DNA of 64,000 bases from Candidatus Woesearchaeota archaeon (GCA_016179945.1 JACPCE010000001.1:9202-73201), one strand, 5' to 3'; counted from the stretch's first letter, positions 9,614-19,018 are shown. The notes: generated from the sequence alone by a model not told the origin. Numbers and translations are program-made.

Positions 9614-10576
9614 ATAAAATTAGATTTAAAAGATAAAAAGTTATTATTTGAATTAGATTTTGATGCAAGAGTAAGCTATAGTCAATTGGCTAAAAAATTG
9701 GATTTAAGTAAACAGGGAGTAGAATATAAACTGAATAATTTAATGAAAAGGGGGATAATAAAAGGATTTTATACTGTTGTTAATGTTCCCAAATTAGGTT
9801 ATTTATATTGTAGAATAATAATAACCCTGCAAAATGTAAATCCTGAAAAAGAAAACGAGATTTTAGATTATGTAATTAAAAATCCAAGATTTTTCTGGGT
9901 ATTTACAACACAAGGAGTTTACGATCTTCTAATTGTTATGTGGGCCAAAAATATAACAGAACTAAAAAATGCTGTTGATGACTTAGTATCTAGATTCGGA
10001 CAATATATAAAATACAAAAATGAGACGCTAACTACAGATGTTATCCATTACCAACATAGATATTTGCTAGGAATAAAACCAACAAAAGAGATTCATATTA
10101 AAGAAACACAAGATAAATTAAAAATTGATGAAACAGATAAAAATATTCTAAGATTGATAGTAGACAATGCAAGAATACCTTTAGTTGAAATTAGTAGAGC
10201 ATTAAAAATAAATCCAAAAGTAATAGCCAATAGGATAAATAAAATGAAAAAATTAAACTTAATTGAAGGTTATAGGCCAATAATTAATCATAATATTTTA
10301 GGTTATTCATACTATAAATTATGGATTAATCTTAATAATATAACAAAAGACAAACTAGTGCAATTAAAAAATCATATAAAAAACAACCCAATAGTATTAT
10401 ATATAGTAGAAGGAATTAGTATGCCTGGAGATTTAGATATAGAAATAATGGTTAAGACAAGCCAAGAGTTATTTGATTTTGTTAAAGATTTAAGATCAAA
10501 ATTTCCAACAATGATAGGAGACTACAAAACTTTTATGTTTTATGAAACAAGGAAAGTAAGGTATTTGCCATTTTGA
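9605..10576 (+). CDS. Tandem (duplicated) Lrp/AsnC-family transcriptional regulator
   Basis: Two HTH_AsnC units, LLFELDFDARVSYSQLAKKLDLSKQGVEYKLNNLMKRGII and KNILRLIVDNARIPLVEISRALKINPKVIANRINKMKKLNLI. Each is followed by a RAM-like domain. Confidence 0.7.
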   Translation: MEQIKLDLKDKKLLFELDFDARVSYSQLAKKLDLSKQGVEYKLNNLMKRGIIKGFYTVVNVPKLGYLYCRIIITLQNVNPEKENEILDYVIKNPRFFWVFTTQGVYDLLIVMWAKNITELKNAVDDLVSRFGQYIKYKNETLTTDVIHYQHRYLLGIKPTKEIHIKETQDKLKIDETDKNILRLIVDNARIPLVEISRALKINPKVIANRINKMKKLNLIEGYRPIINHNILGYSYYKLWINLNNITKDKLVQLKNHIKNNPIVLYIVEGISMPGDLDIEIMVKTSQELFDFVKDLRSKFPTMIGDYKTFMFYETRKVRYLPF

Positions 10577-10579
10577 AAA

Positions 10580-11566
10580 ATGAACAAACTGCCATTTGAA
10601 GAAATAGAAAGAGAAATTTTGATAAAAAAAGAATCTTCTACAAATGAAAGTTACGGAAAAAGACCAGAAGAAAGAACAATTCAAGAATTACTAAACTATG
10701 GAGTAATTTGTTTAAATAAAATAGACGGTCCCAGCTCTCATCAAGTAGCAGATTATGTAAAAAAGATATTAAAGTTAGAAAAAGTAGGCCATGGTGGTAC
10801 ATTAGACCCGGGTGTTACCGGAGTCTTACCAATATCATTAGGCAAAGCTACAAAAATTATGGAAGCTTTATTAAAAGCAGGCAAAGAATATGTCTGCTTA
10901 ATGCACATTCATTCTCCAGTTTCACAATCAAAAATTCATAAAGCTTCAAAAGATTTCATAGGAAAGATAATTCAATTACCTCCTGTAAAATCTGCTGTAA
11001 AAAGAGAATTAAGAGAAAGAGAAATTTATTATCTAGAAATTCTAGAAATTAAAAATCAAGATGTATTGTTTAAAGTGGGGTGTCAGGCAGGAACTTACAT
11101 AAGAACGCTTTGCGTTGGGCTAGGAAAATCATTAGGAACAAATGCCCATATGCAGCAATTAGTTAGAACAAAAGCAGGGCCATTTAATGATAAAGAATGG
11201 TACTCTCTGCAAGATATTAAAGATGCATTCTCTTTATATGAAGAAGGAAGTGAAAAACAATTAATGAAAATAATAAAACCAGTTGAATTTGCAGTTCAGC
11301 ATTTGCCAAAAATATGGATAACAGATTCAGCAGTAGATACGCTATGCCATGGAGCTAATTTAAGTATTCCTGGAATTTCAAAATTACATTCAAAAATAGA
11401 AAAAAATAATATGGTGGCTATGATGACATTAAAAGATGAACTGATTGGTACGGGAATAGCTCAACTTACATCAGAAGAAATTATGAAAAATGAAAGGGGT
11501 CTGGCAGTGAAAATTAATAAAGTATTTATGGAACCAGAGATTTATCCTCATTTTAAAAAAATGTAA
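10580..11566 (+). CDS. cbf5: H/ACA RNP pseudouridine synthase Cbf5 (TruB family, PUA domain)
   Basis: The TruB catalytic motif GHGGTLDPGVTGVLPISLGKATK is present. A C-terminal PUA-like region follows. The size (328 aa) fits archaeal Cbf5. Confidence 0.85.
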   Translation: MNKLPFEEIEREILIKKESSTNESYGKRPEERTIQELLNYGVICLNKIDGPSSHQVADYVKKILKLEKVGHGGTLDPGVTGVLPISLGKATKIMEALLKAGKEYVCLMHIHSPVSQSKIHKASKDFIGKIIQLPPVKSAVKRELREREIYYLEILEIKNQDVLFKVGCQAGTYIRTLCVGLGKSLGTNAHMQQLVRTKAGPFNDKEWYSLQDIKDAFSLYEEGSEKQLMKIIKPVEFAVQHLPKIWITDSAVDTLCHGANLSIPGISKLHSKIEKNNMVAMMTLKDELIGTGIAQLTSEEIMKNERGLAVKINKVFMEPEIYPHFKKM

Positions 11567-11645
11567 AATAAGTATAATTTATAGGATTTTATATATTTTC
11601 AAATCATTTGTAAAAACTTATATAGTAATAAATATCTAAAAATTC

Positions 11646-12320
11646 ATGAGTATTTTAAATTTCATTGGTATTAATTTATTTAGAAGAAAAGAAAAAATAT
11701 TAACAACAGATATGATTATTGAAATATATATTAGAATGCTAAAAGTAATTGAATTAATAAAAGTACTTCCAGAAAATAGAAATAATAGATCAATTATATT
11801 TAATAAATTTGTACTTGAAGACAGAAAACTTAAGTTAAAAATTGATAAAGTTGTTATAAACCTAAATCTAATAAATAATTTTTTTATAAAGCCCTTCTCT
11901 AAAATATATGAAGAATTAAGTCATGAAAATTTGTTGTATACAAATTACACTGGAAAAACAATAACACTAGCTCATGAAAGAAATGAAAGTGAAATAGATG
12001 CAAAAATAAAAGATTTTCTAATTCAATCTTATAATGACCATATAGTTCTAATATTTGAAGTATTTCTAAAACTGGAGGAGGATATAAAAGAAATAATAGG
12101 TTATATCTTAAAAGTGGGTATAATGGGAAAAAAATATACAGAAACTTTATTAACAATTAAAGAAGCTAATCCAATAATTGTAGACTTTACTAATTTACTT
12201 GTTGATTTAATAGAAAAAGAACACTTATTTGCAGAGCAAGAAAGAACAATAGAATTATTCAAGGCAAGAACTGGTAGAAGAAAGGTTAAAACACCAGCAG
12301 GTTACAGAAAAGCTGCATAA
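11646..12320 (+). CDS. Hypothetical protein
   Basis: 224-aa ORF downstream of cbf5 with no motif I recognise. Confidence 0.4.
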   Translation: MSILNFIGINLFRRKEKILTTDMIIEIYIRMLKVIELIKVLPENRNNRSIIFNKFVLEDRKLKLKIDKVVINLNLINNFFIKPFSKIYEELSHENLLYTNYTGKTITLAHERNESEIDAKIKDFLIQSYNDHIVLIFEVFLKLEEDIKEIIGYILKVGIMGKKYTETLLTIKEANPIIVDFTNLLVDLIEKEHLFAEQERTIELFKARTGRRKVKTPAGYRKAA

Positions 12321-12357
12321 TAACACAATTTATAATTATTTCTAAATTAATTTATAT

Positions 12358-13377
12358 ATGAAACAACTACAAATAATAGAAGAAAAACCAAAACTAAAAG
12401 ATTTAATAAAAATAACAAGAGAATCAGGAATTCCTTTACTAGGTTTAATACATATAGGTATAATAGATAGGGGGTCTTCTTTACTTCAAGTTAGAGCATC
12501 AACTGCATGTAACATGAGATGCACATTTTGCAGTACTGCGGCAAATTCATATGAAATGCACCCATATAATTATGAAATAGAATTAGATTATTTAATGGAT
12601 TGGATTAAAGAAGTAATAAAACTAAAAAATAATGAAGTCAATCAAATTAATATAGATTCTGTAGGTGAACCAACCGCATATCAAAAAATTACAGAATTAA
12701 TAAAAGAATGCAAAAAAATTCCTGGAATAGAAATAATAACTATGCAGTCTAATGGAACTTTATTAACAAAAGAAAAAATAAAAGCAATGGAAGAAGCAGG
12801 ACTAAACAGAATTAACCTGTCTGTACATTCTTTAATTTCAGAACAAGCAAAAGAATTATTTGGAAATGAAAATTATAATTTAGAAAAAATAAAAGAAATT
12901 TGTAATATTATTAATGACTCAAAAATAGAATTAAATTTAACACCTGTATATCTTACAGGAGTAAATGACCATCAAATAGAAAAACTAATAGAATTTGCAA
13001 AAGAAATAAATTGTAAAATCAGCATACAAAAATACGAAGTCTACAAATACTCAAGAAAAGATAAGAGAGTGAAAGAGCAGAATTGGTTTAAATTTTACAG
13101 AAAATTAGAAGAATTAGAGAAAAAACACAACTATAAACTAAAATTAGGACCAATAGATTTCAAAATAAAAAAATCAAAGAGAGTGCCACTAATTTTGTCT
13201 CGTGGCGATGTAGCCATAGTAGAAATTATCATGCCTGGCTGGATGAAAAATGAAATGATATCTAAATCAAACAACAGAGCAATAACAATAGTCGATTGCA
13301 ATAACAAAATTGGAGATAAAGTAAGAGTAAAAATTCTAGAAACAAGAGATAGTATTTACATAGCAAAGAAAGTATGA
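12358..13377 (+). CDS. Radical SAM protein with a C-terminal TRAM-like domain (COG2100-like)
   Basis: The CxxxCxxC motif CNMRCTFC. The C-terminus ITIVDCNNKIGDKVRVKILETRDSIYIAKK is a TRAM-like beta barrel. Confidence 0.7.
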   Translation: MKQLQIIEEKPKLKDLIKITRESGIPLLGLIHIGIIDRGSSLLQVRASTACNMRCTFCSTAANSYEMHPYNYEIELDYLMDWIKEVIKLKNNEVNQINIDSVGEPTAYQKITELIKECKKIPGIEIITMQSNGTLLTKEKIKAMEEAGLNRINLSVHSLISEQAKELFGNENYNLEKIKEICNIINDSKIELNLTPVYLTGVNDHQIEKLIEFAKEINCKISIQKYEVYKYSRKDKRVKEQNWFKFYRKLEELEKKHNYKLKLGPIDFKIKKSKRVPLILSRGDVAIVEIIMPGWMKNEMISKSNNRAITIVDCNNKIGDKVRVKILETRDSIYIAKKV

Positions 13378-13459
13378 CTAATTGGTGATCCAAAAAACTT
13401 AAATATATTAATTTATGTTTATAAACAATAATACTCATCAATTCAAAGGAGGTGTAAAA

Positions 13460-13822
13460 ATGGCTAGAGATGGTTCAATAATGGAAAAAGTTGGTGCTTG
13501 GTCCTTTATCATAGGCGGCCTAATAGCAGTTATTCTAGGAGCTATTGCATCTACTGCAGGCACAACATGGGTAATAGGTCTTCTTCTTGTTTTAGGTCTA
13601 GTTGTTGGCCTATTAAACATTAGTGATAAAGAAATAGTGCCTTTCCTTGTTGCTTGTGTGGCATTTTTGGCAGCTGCGCCAGCTCTTGGATCAGCAGTAT
13701 CAAGCTTTGGAACAACATTTGCATGGCTAAGCAGAATATTAGTTCATTTAGCTGTATTCGTAGTTCCAGCTGCAATAATAGCTTCAGTAAAGGCAATCTT
13801 GGCTTTAGCAGGCACAAGATAA
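13460..13822 (+). CDS. Small Gly/Ala-rich multi-pass membrane protein (GC-rich gene)
   Basis: A strong SD (AGGAGGTG) lies 7 nt upstream of MARDGS. Three to four TM helices. Local GC is well above the genome average. Confidence 0.5.
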   Translation: MARDGSIMEKVGAWSFIIGGLIAVILGAIASTAGTTWVIGLLLVLGLVVGLLNISDKEIVPFLVACVAFLAAAPALGSAVSSFGTTFAWLSRILVHLAVFVVPAAIIASVKAILALAGTR

Positions 13823-13853
13823 GTTTTTAAATTCCTTTTTTTTATTTTTATTT

Positions 13854-14126
13854 ATGAAAAGAGTGAAAATAGCAGTTTCTGGTGATGTACAAGGAGTTTT
13901 CTACAGGGCATTTGTAAAGGACAGAGCAATAGAGTTAGGATTAACAGGTTATGTTAGAAATACAGAAGACAAAAAAGTAGAAGCAATTGTTGAAGGACAC
14001 GAACTAAAAATCAACAAATTAATTGAACACTGCAAACAAGGCCCAATTGGCGCCAAGATAGAAAAAGTAACAACTACAACACTGCCTCATACAGGAGAAT
14101 TCAAGCAGTTTAAAATAAAATATTAA
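13854..14126 (+). CDS. acyP: Acylphosphatase
   Basis: VKIAVSGDVQGVFYRAFVKDRAIELGLTGYVRNTEDKKVEAIVEG is the acylphosphatase signature. Confidence 0.85.
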   Translation: MKRVKIAVSGDVQGVFYRAFVKDRAIELGLTGYVRNTEDKKVEAIVEGHELKINKLIEHCKQGPIGAKIEKVTTTTLPHTGEFKQFKIKY

Positions 14127-14164
14127 ACCAAAACTTTGTTAAAGAATTCTATTTTACAAAAAGC

Positions 14165-15283
14165 ATGAAAGCAATTGCAACATGTATAAAAGGATTAGAA
14201 GAAATAACTCAATTAGAAATAAAAGAAATACTAAAGAAAAAATCAGAAATTATTATCCCGTCAAGAATAGCTTTTAATGTAAAAGAGGATAAAGAATTAG
14301 CTAATTTTGTATACAACACAAGAAGTTCTATAAAGGTTTACAAATTAATTAATCATGACAATTTCTCAGATTTAGATGAAATATTAAATAAAGTAAAGAA
14401 AATAAAATTTCCAAAAATTAAAAGTCCTTTTGTAGTAAGATGTGAAAGAATTGGAGAGCACAACTTTAATTCAATAGATGTAGAAAAAGAAATTGGTAAT
14501 ATTATAAACAAAGATAATAAACTAAAAGTAGATCTAAAAAATCCAACAACTATATTAATTATAGATATAGTAAGTAATAAATTTTTTTTAGGAATAGACT
14601 ACACAGGAATAAAACTAACTAAAAGAAACTACAGAATAAAATTGCTTCCTAATTCAATAAATTCCGCTCTAGCTTATTCAATGTTAAGAATATCAGAAAT
14701 AAAAGAAAAAGACACAATTTTAGATCCTATATGTAGATCTGGAGAAATAATGATAGAAGCAGCATTATACTTGCAAAAAATAGCAAATGGATTAAAACTA
14801 TTAGATCAACTAGCATTTAATAAATTATTAAAATTTAATCCAAAAAATATAATAAAAACAAAGAAGTTAAAAATATATTCAATAGACTCATCACAAAACA
14901 GCTTAAAAAGTGCAGAAATAAATGCAAAAATAGCAAATATATACAAAAATATTATTTTTAGTCGTTATGAATTAGAGTGGTTAGATACAAAATTAGATAA
15001 AAATTCAATAGATAAAATAATAACCTTCCCTCAATATCCTACAAATAACCTCCCTACGCAAGAAGTTGAAAAAATTTACAAAGAATTATTTTATCAAGCA
15101 GAATTTATAATTAAAAAAAATGGAATAATAACCATATTAACACCAGTTCCAGAATTAATAGAAAAATATGCGAACTTAAGAAACTTCAAAAAAGAAAAAG
15201 AATATAAAATAAATTATATGCATCAAAATTTCTCAATATTAAAATTGAAAAATGAAATTTGTAATAAACAAAAAAATATTTGA
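14165..15283 (+). CDS. THUMP-domain RNA methyltransferase (Trm14/TrmN-like, COG0116)
   Basis: N-terminal ferredoxin-like plus THUMP region. C-terminal Rossmann MTase (ILDPICRSGEIMIEAAL; ...ITFPQYP). Confidence 0.6.
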   Translation: MKAIATCIKGLEEITQLEIKEILKKKSEIIIPSRIAFNVKEDKELANFVYNTRSSIKVYKLINHDNFSDLDEILNKVKKIKFPKIKSPFVVRCERIGEHNFNSIDVEKEIGNIINKDNKLKVDLKNPTTILIIDIVSNKFFLGIDYTGIKLTKRNYRIKLLPNSINSALAYSMLRISEIKEKDTILDPICRSGEIMIEAALYLQKIANGLKLLDQLAFNKLLKFNPKNIIKTKKLKIYSIDSSQNSLKSAEINAKIANIYKNIIFSRYELEWLDTKLDKNSIDKIITFPQYPTNNLPTQEVEKIYKELFYQAEFIIKKNGIITILTPVPELIEKYANLRNFKKEKEYKINYMHQNFSILKLKNEICNKQKNI

Positions 15284-15956
15284 AAAATTCGAGGGTTTAA
15301 ACCTTGGAGTAATTATAGCTAAAAATATTAGCAACAAAGGAATAAATGAAGAAATATTAAACAAAATCAAAGAAAAAGAAGAATTCATAAGAAAAAACTA
15401 CAAAACTGAGACACTGTCAGAGCATCCAAAAATAAACTGTTGGAGAAAAGTTTACTCAATATTTGGGGGAGAACCAAAGAAAAATAAATCTTCAATAGAA
15501 TCATTATATAGAAGAATTTTAAGTGGAGAAAAAATAAGACATATAAATATTTTAGTAGATATTTATAACCTATTATCAATAAAATATATGCTTCCGATTG
15601 GAGGAGAAGATATTGATAAAATGCAAGGGGATATAGAACTAACTTTTGCAAATTCAAATGAAGCACCTACAATACTTTTAGGAGAAAAAGAGCCAAGACA
15701 ACCACATGAAGGAGAAGTTATTTACAAAGATAAAATTTCAGCAATATGCAGAAGATGGAACTGGCGTGAAGCCGAAAGAACAAAATTAACAGAAGAAACA
15801 AAAAATTGTATTTTAGTTATAGAAGGGTTACATCCAACTACAAAAGAAGGAATAGAAATTGTCACAAAAGAGTTGAAGGAATTAACAGAAATATTATGTG
15901 GTGAAAAAATAAGTTATTGTATTCTAGATAAAAACAAAACAGATATAGAATTTTAA
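15252..15956 (+). CDS. Stand-alone B3/4 domain protein (COG3382, PheT editing-domain-like)
   Basis: The B3_4-like core NILVDIYNLLSIKYMLPIGGEDIDKMQGDIELTFA...LTEETKNCILVIEG. It is paralogous to the C-terminal domain of the MetRS at 51723..53855. Confidence 0.6.
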   Translation: MKFVINKKIFEKFEGLNLGVIIAKNISNKGINEEILNKIKEKEEFIRKNYKTETLSEHPKINCWRKVYSIFGGEPKKNKSSIESLYRRILSGEKIRHINILVDIYNLLSIKYMLPIGGEDIDKMQGDIELTFANSNEAPTILLGEKEPRQPHEGEVIYKDKISAICRRWNWREAERTKLTEETKNCILVIEGLHPTTKEGIEIVTKELKELTEILCGEKISYCILDKNKTDIEF

Positions 15957-15996
15957 TTTAGGAAAGTTTTTTAAATTATATATATGTAAAGAAGTT

Positions 15997-16404
15997 ATGT
16001 CAAAAGAAGAAGAAATATTTAATCAAAGATTAAAGAAAATAGAAGAAATAAAAAACATGGGAATAAATCCATATCCTTACAAATTTGACCAGAAAAATCA
16101 TGCTAATGAAATTCTTGAAAAATACAAAAACCTGGAAAAAGAAGAGAAAACTAAAGATAGCGCCTCATTAGCTGGAAGAATAATGAGTTTAAGGGAAATG
16201 GGAAAAGCTTCTTTTGGTCACATTCAGGATGTATCTGGAAAAATCCAATTTTATATTAGGGAAGATCAAGTTGGAGAAAAAACATACAGTTTATTCAAAA
16301 AATTAGACTTAGGCGATCTTATAGGAATAGAAATTCTTAATGCTTCAAAAAATCTGGGAAATTTTTTTTCTTCTGGTAAACTTCAAGTCGTAAAAACTTC
16401 TTAA
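15997..16404 (+). CDS. lysS: Lysyl-tRNA synthetase class II, N-terminal anticodon-binding (OB) fragment of a disrupted gene
   Basis: RIMSLREMGKASFGHIQDVSGKIQFYIREDQVGEKTYSLFKKLDLGDLIGIEI aligns with the E. coli LysS N-domain. The ORF ends at a TAA just after a poly-T(8) run. Confidence 0.75.
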   Translation: MSKEEEIFNQRLKKIEEIKNMGINPYPYKFDQKNHANEILEKYKNLEKEEKTKDSASLAGRIMSLREMGKASFGHIQDVSGKIQFYIREDQVGEKTYSLFKKLDLGDLIGIEILNASKNLGNFFSSGKLQVVKTS

Positions 16405-16599
16405 AAGCGCCAAAAAGATCAAATTTACAAATTTCCTGCATAGACGCCCATCGAGTGTACTGAACCAGCAGCTGTTGTTGAGGTAAGAATGTCGAAGCGT
16501 ACAAGTTGGCAGAGTTGTTTTAGATCTGAATAGTCGAGCATATCTAAAGTTTATCACAGAGAATTTATTGAATTTATTACAAAAATTAATGCATGGAAT
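16405..16599 (+). other. GC-rich 195-nt segment interrupting lysS, with three in-frame stops (TAA, TAG, TAG). Either a degraded core region or an inserted structured RNA.
   Basis: Same reading frame as both lysS pieces. Local GC is about 45-50% against about 28% in the flanks. The last approximately 25 codons (FIEFITKINAWNMQMYLRIA) still resemble LysRS ([20 protein letters not shown]). Confidence 0.5.
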
Positions 16600-17865
16600 A
16601 TGCAAATGTATTTAAGAATAGCTTATGAACTTGATCTAAAAAGATTAATAACTGGTGGTTTTGAAAAAATTTATGATCTAAGCTCTTGTTTCAGAAATGA
16701 AGATGCAGATAGAACCCATAATCCAGAATTCGCAATGATGGAAATACAATGGGCTTACGCAGATTATAACGATGCTATGAAATTAACAGAAGAATTGTGG
16801 GAATACGTAGCCAAAGAGGTTTTAAGAACAACAATTATTGAATATGCAGGAAATAAAATTAACTTAAAAGCACCATGGAATAGACTTACTATTAAAGATG
16901 CACTAAAAGAATTAGGTAATATTGATACTGACAAATTAAAAGATAAAGAATTAGTAGAATTAATAGAAAAAAACAAAATAGAATATGAAGGAAATCCAAC
17001 AAGAGGAGAAATGATTATGTTATTATTTGAAAAATTATGTGAACATAAATTAATTCAACCAACACATATAACAGACCATCCAAAAGAATCTTGTCCACTA
17101 GCAAAAGCACATAGAAAAGATCCAAAATTAATAGAAAGAATTGAACCATTTATTAATGGATTTGAAGTGGGTAATTGTTACACAGAACTTAATGATCCAA
17201 TTATACAAAGAAAACTTCTTGAAGAACAAGCTAAAAAAGGCAGGGGTGGTGATGAAGAAGCACACCCAATGGACGAGGATTTTATACAATCAATGGAATT
17301 TGGATTACCTCCAAACACAGGAATTGGTGTTGGTGTAGACAGAATGGTTATGTTGCTAACAGGTGCTGAATCAATTAGAGATATAATATTGTTTCCAACA
17401 ATGAAACCAGAACAATTACTTGAAGACCAAACAGGAAAGGCAAAAGAAACAAAATTAGCAGTTGCAGTTCTTAACAAAGGGATTAAAATGAAAAAATGGG
17501 AAGAAATGAATACTATAGCGCATCTAAATGCAGCATTTGGTGCAAGAATAGGAAAGCAATTATTCTTGCAAGATAAAATAAAAACTAAAGATAATAAAGA
17601 AATTAATCTTAATATACAGCATGCAATCTTGATAAAAGAAGCAATATCAAACAAAGATATAATTAATTTAATTAAGCAGGCAGAAGAAAAAGAATTAGAA
17701 GTAGCTGAATTTACAAGAGAAATGATAATTACTACAGATGATAAAAAAGTAATTTCTCTTACACAAAATAAAAATTTAAATGATGTTGAATATCTTGGGG
17801 CTTTAATTTTCGGAGAAAAAGCAGATGTTGAAAAAATTACTAAAAATTTTAAATTGTATGAATAA
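16600..17865 (+). CDS. lysS: Lysyl-tRNA synthetase class II catalytic-core fragment (motifs 2 and 3) fused to a C-terminal Pth2-like domain
   Basis: MYLRIAYELDLKRLITGGFEKIYDLSSCFRNEDAD is motif 2. GIGVGVDRMVMLLTGAESIRDIILFP is motif 3. The C-terminal approximately 160 aa (KLAVAVLNKGIKMKK...KITKNFKLYE) resemble the peptidyl-tRNA hydrolase 2 fold. Confidence 0.75.
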   Translation: MQMYLRIAYELDLKRLITGGFEKIYDLSSCFRNEDADRTHNPEFAMMEIQWAYADYNDAMKLTEELWEYVAKEVLRTTIIEYAGNKINLKAPWNRLTIKDALKELGNIDTDKLKDKELVELIEKNKIEYEGNPTRGEMIMLLFEKLCEHKLIQPTHITDHPKESCPLAKAHRKDPKLIERIEPFINGFEVGNCYTELNDPIIQRKLLEEQAKKGRGGDEEAHPMDEDFIQSMEFGLPPNTGIGVGVDRMVMLLTGAESIRDIILFPTMKPEQLLEDQTGKAKETKLAVAVLNKGIKMKKWEEMNTIAHLNAAFGARIGKQLFLQDKIKTKDNKEINLNIQHAILIKEAISNKDIINLIKQAEEKELEVAEFTREMIITTDDKKVISLTQNKNLNDVEYLGALIFGEKADVEKITKNFKLYE

Positions 17866-18001
17866 AAATTAATAAGTTCTAAGAAATAAAGAAACATTTA
17901 TAAACGGCTAAAATTGCTAAATTGATAAGAAAACGAGTCTAAAGCCTTAAAAAGCCTATTCTCGTTTTATGATAAACAATAAAAACTGGAGGTATGTAAA
18001 A

Positions 18002-18172
18002 ATGAGTGAGTTATTGGTTGTAAGAAGTAAAATAAAAGACGTAGCAAAAGGAATGAATGTTTCTGGTGATTTTGCAGATGCTTTAAGTGCAAAAGTAGAA
18101 ATGCTTATTAAAGAGGCTTGCAGAAGATCTAAAGAAAATAAAAGATCAACTATTCAACCTAGAGACCTATAA
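18002..18172 (+). CDS. Histone-fold-like small protein (DUF1931-like)
   Basis: GGAGGT SD 7 nt upstream. MSELLVVRSKIKDVAKGMNVSGDFADALSAKVEMLIKEACRRSKEN is a helix-strand-helix histone-fold pattern. Confidence 0.45.
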   Translation: MSELLVVRSKIKDVAKGMNVSGDFADALSAKVEMLIKEACRRSKENKRSTIQPRDL

Positions 18173-18190
18173 GTCTCTGGTTTTCTTTTT
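18161..18190 (+). terminator. Hairpin AGAGAC-N6-GTCTCT followed by a T-tract
   Basis: An inverted repeat lies immediately after the stop codon and is followed by GGTTTTCTTTTT. Confidence 0.3.
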
Positions 18191-18237
18191 ATATTTAATT
18201 AAGAAAGTTATTTATAGAACAGAATTATAATTTCTTT

Positions 18238-18663
18238 ATGGCATCCAAAGGCAAGGGTTCTAGGACAGAAAGAGAACTTGTGCATTTATTCAATCAAACA
18301 GGAACTTGGTCTGCAATAAGGGTAGCAGGATCTGGTTTAACAAAAGACCCAAACCCAGACGTACTGGCAGGAAACAAAAAAAGACACCTTGCAATAGAAT
18401 GCAAATCTATTAAAGGCATCTCAAAATATTTATATCCGGAAGAAATAGAACAAATAATCAACTTTGCAAATAAATTTGGAGCTGAGCCTTGGATAGCGAT
18501 AAGATTTAATCACAAGGGATGGTATTTCCTAAAAACAGAAGACTTAGAAAAAACAAAAAGTTCAAATTTAGTAATTAATTTAAAATTAGCAGAAGAAAAA
18601 GGTTTAAAATTTGAGGATATAGTAAAAGAAGGTGATGAAAATGCAAGAACTAATAAAATATAG
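18238..18663 (+). CDS. hjc: Holliday junction resolvase Hjc
   Basis: KGSRTERELVHLFNQTGTWSAIRVAGSG...DVLAGNKKRHLAIECKSIKG...PWIAIRFNHKGWYF matches the Hjc nuclease motifs. Confidence 0.85.
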   Translation: MASKGKGSRTERELVHLFNQTGTWSAIRVAGSGLTKDPNPDVLAGNKKRHLAIECKSIKGISKYLYPEEIEQIINFANKFGAEPWIAIRFNHKGWYFLKTEDLEKTKSSNLVINLKLAEEKGLKFEDIVKEGDENARTNKI

Positions 18664-19018
18664 TGGATTAAAAGACTTAAATGAAGATGAACAAGTAAGA
18701 TTAAAAAATCTTGTAGAAAAAGAATTCCCGAAAATACAAAGACTTGCAAAGGAAATTTCAAGTTTTAACATAAACATAAAAGTAATGAAAAAAGAGACTA
18801 AAAAAAGATATATGATAAATATGAAATTACAATCTAATGGAAAAATATTTGTTACAAAAAATAAAGATACTGAAAGGGGTGGTGATTGGGATCTTAATAA
18901 AGAAGTGCATAAAGAATTAAAAGCCTTAATTGGAGAACTCAAACACCATTATAAAAATAATGTTGGAAGATGGAAATTAGGTGGAATTAAAGGTTTGTTA
19001 AAGAAATTTGAATCTTAG
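18632..19018 (+). CDS. Hypothetical protein, possibly a ribosome-hibernation-factor (HPF/RaiA)-like fold
   Basis: It overlaps the hjc 3' end by 32 nt. MQELIKYSGLKDLNEDEQVRLKNLVEKEF...INIKVMKK...MINMKLQSNGKIFVTKNKD...ELKALIGELKHH suggests a beta-alpha-beta-beta-beta-alpha layout. Confidence 0.35.
   Translation: MMKMQELIKYSGLKDLNEDEQVRLKNLVEKEFPKIQRLAKEISSFNINIKVMKKETKKRYMINMKLQSNGKIFVTKNKDTERGGDWDLNKEVHKELKALIGELKHHYKNNVGRWKLGGIKGLLKKFES

Noticed and set aside
10496-10684. 62-aa minus-strand ORF spanning the Lrp/cbf5 junction
   Set aside because: It overlaps two well-supported plus-strand genes and has a Phe-rich nonsense translation.
13438-13817. Two minus-strand ORFs (13438-13620, 13620-13817) in the GC-rich membrane-protein gene
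   Set aside because: The plus-strand frame has a strong SD and TM-helix periodicity. The antisense frames are Pro/Arg-rich artefacts of GC-rich sequence.
16402-16560. Stop-codon reassignment as an explanation for the three in-frame stops in lysS
   Set aside because: The stops are TAA and TAG. All other genes in the window terminate normally with TAA, TAG or TGA, and nothing else needs read-through. The local GC jump and the loss of about 40 codons argue for disruption or insertion.
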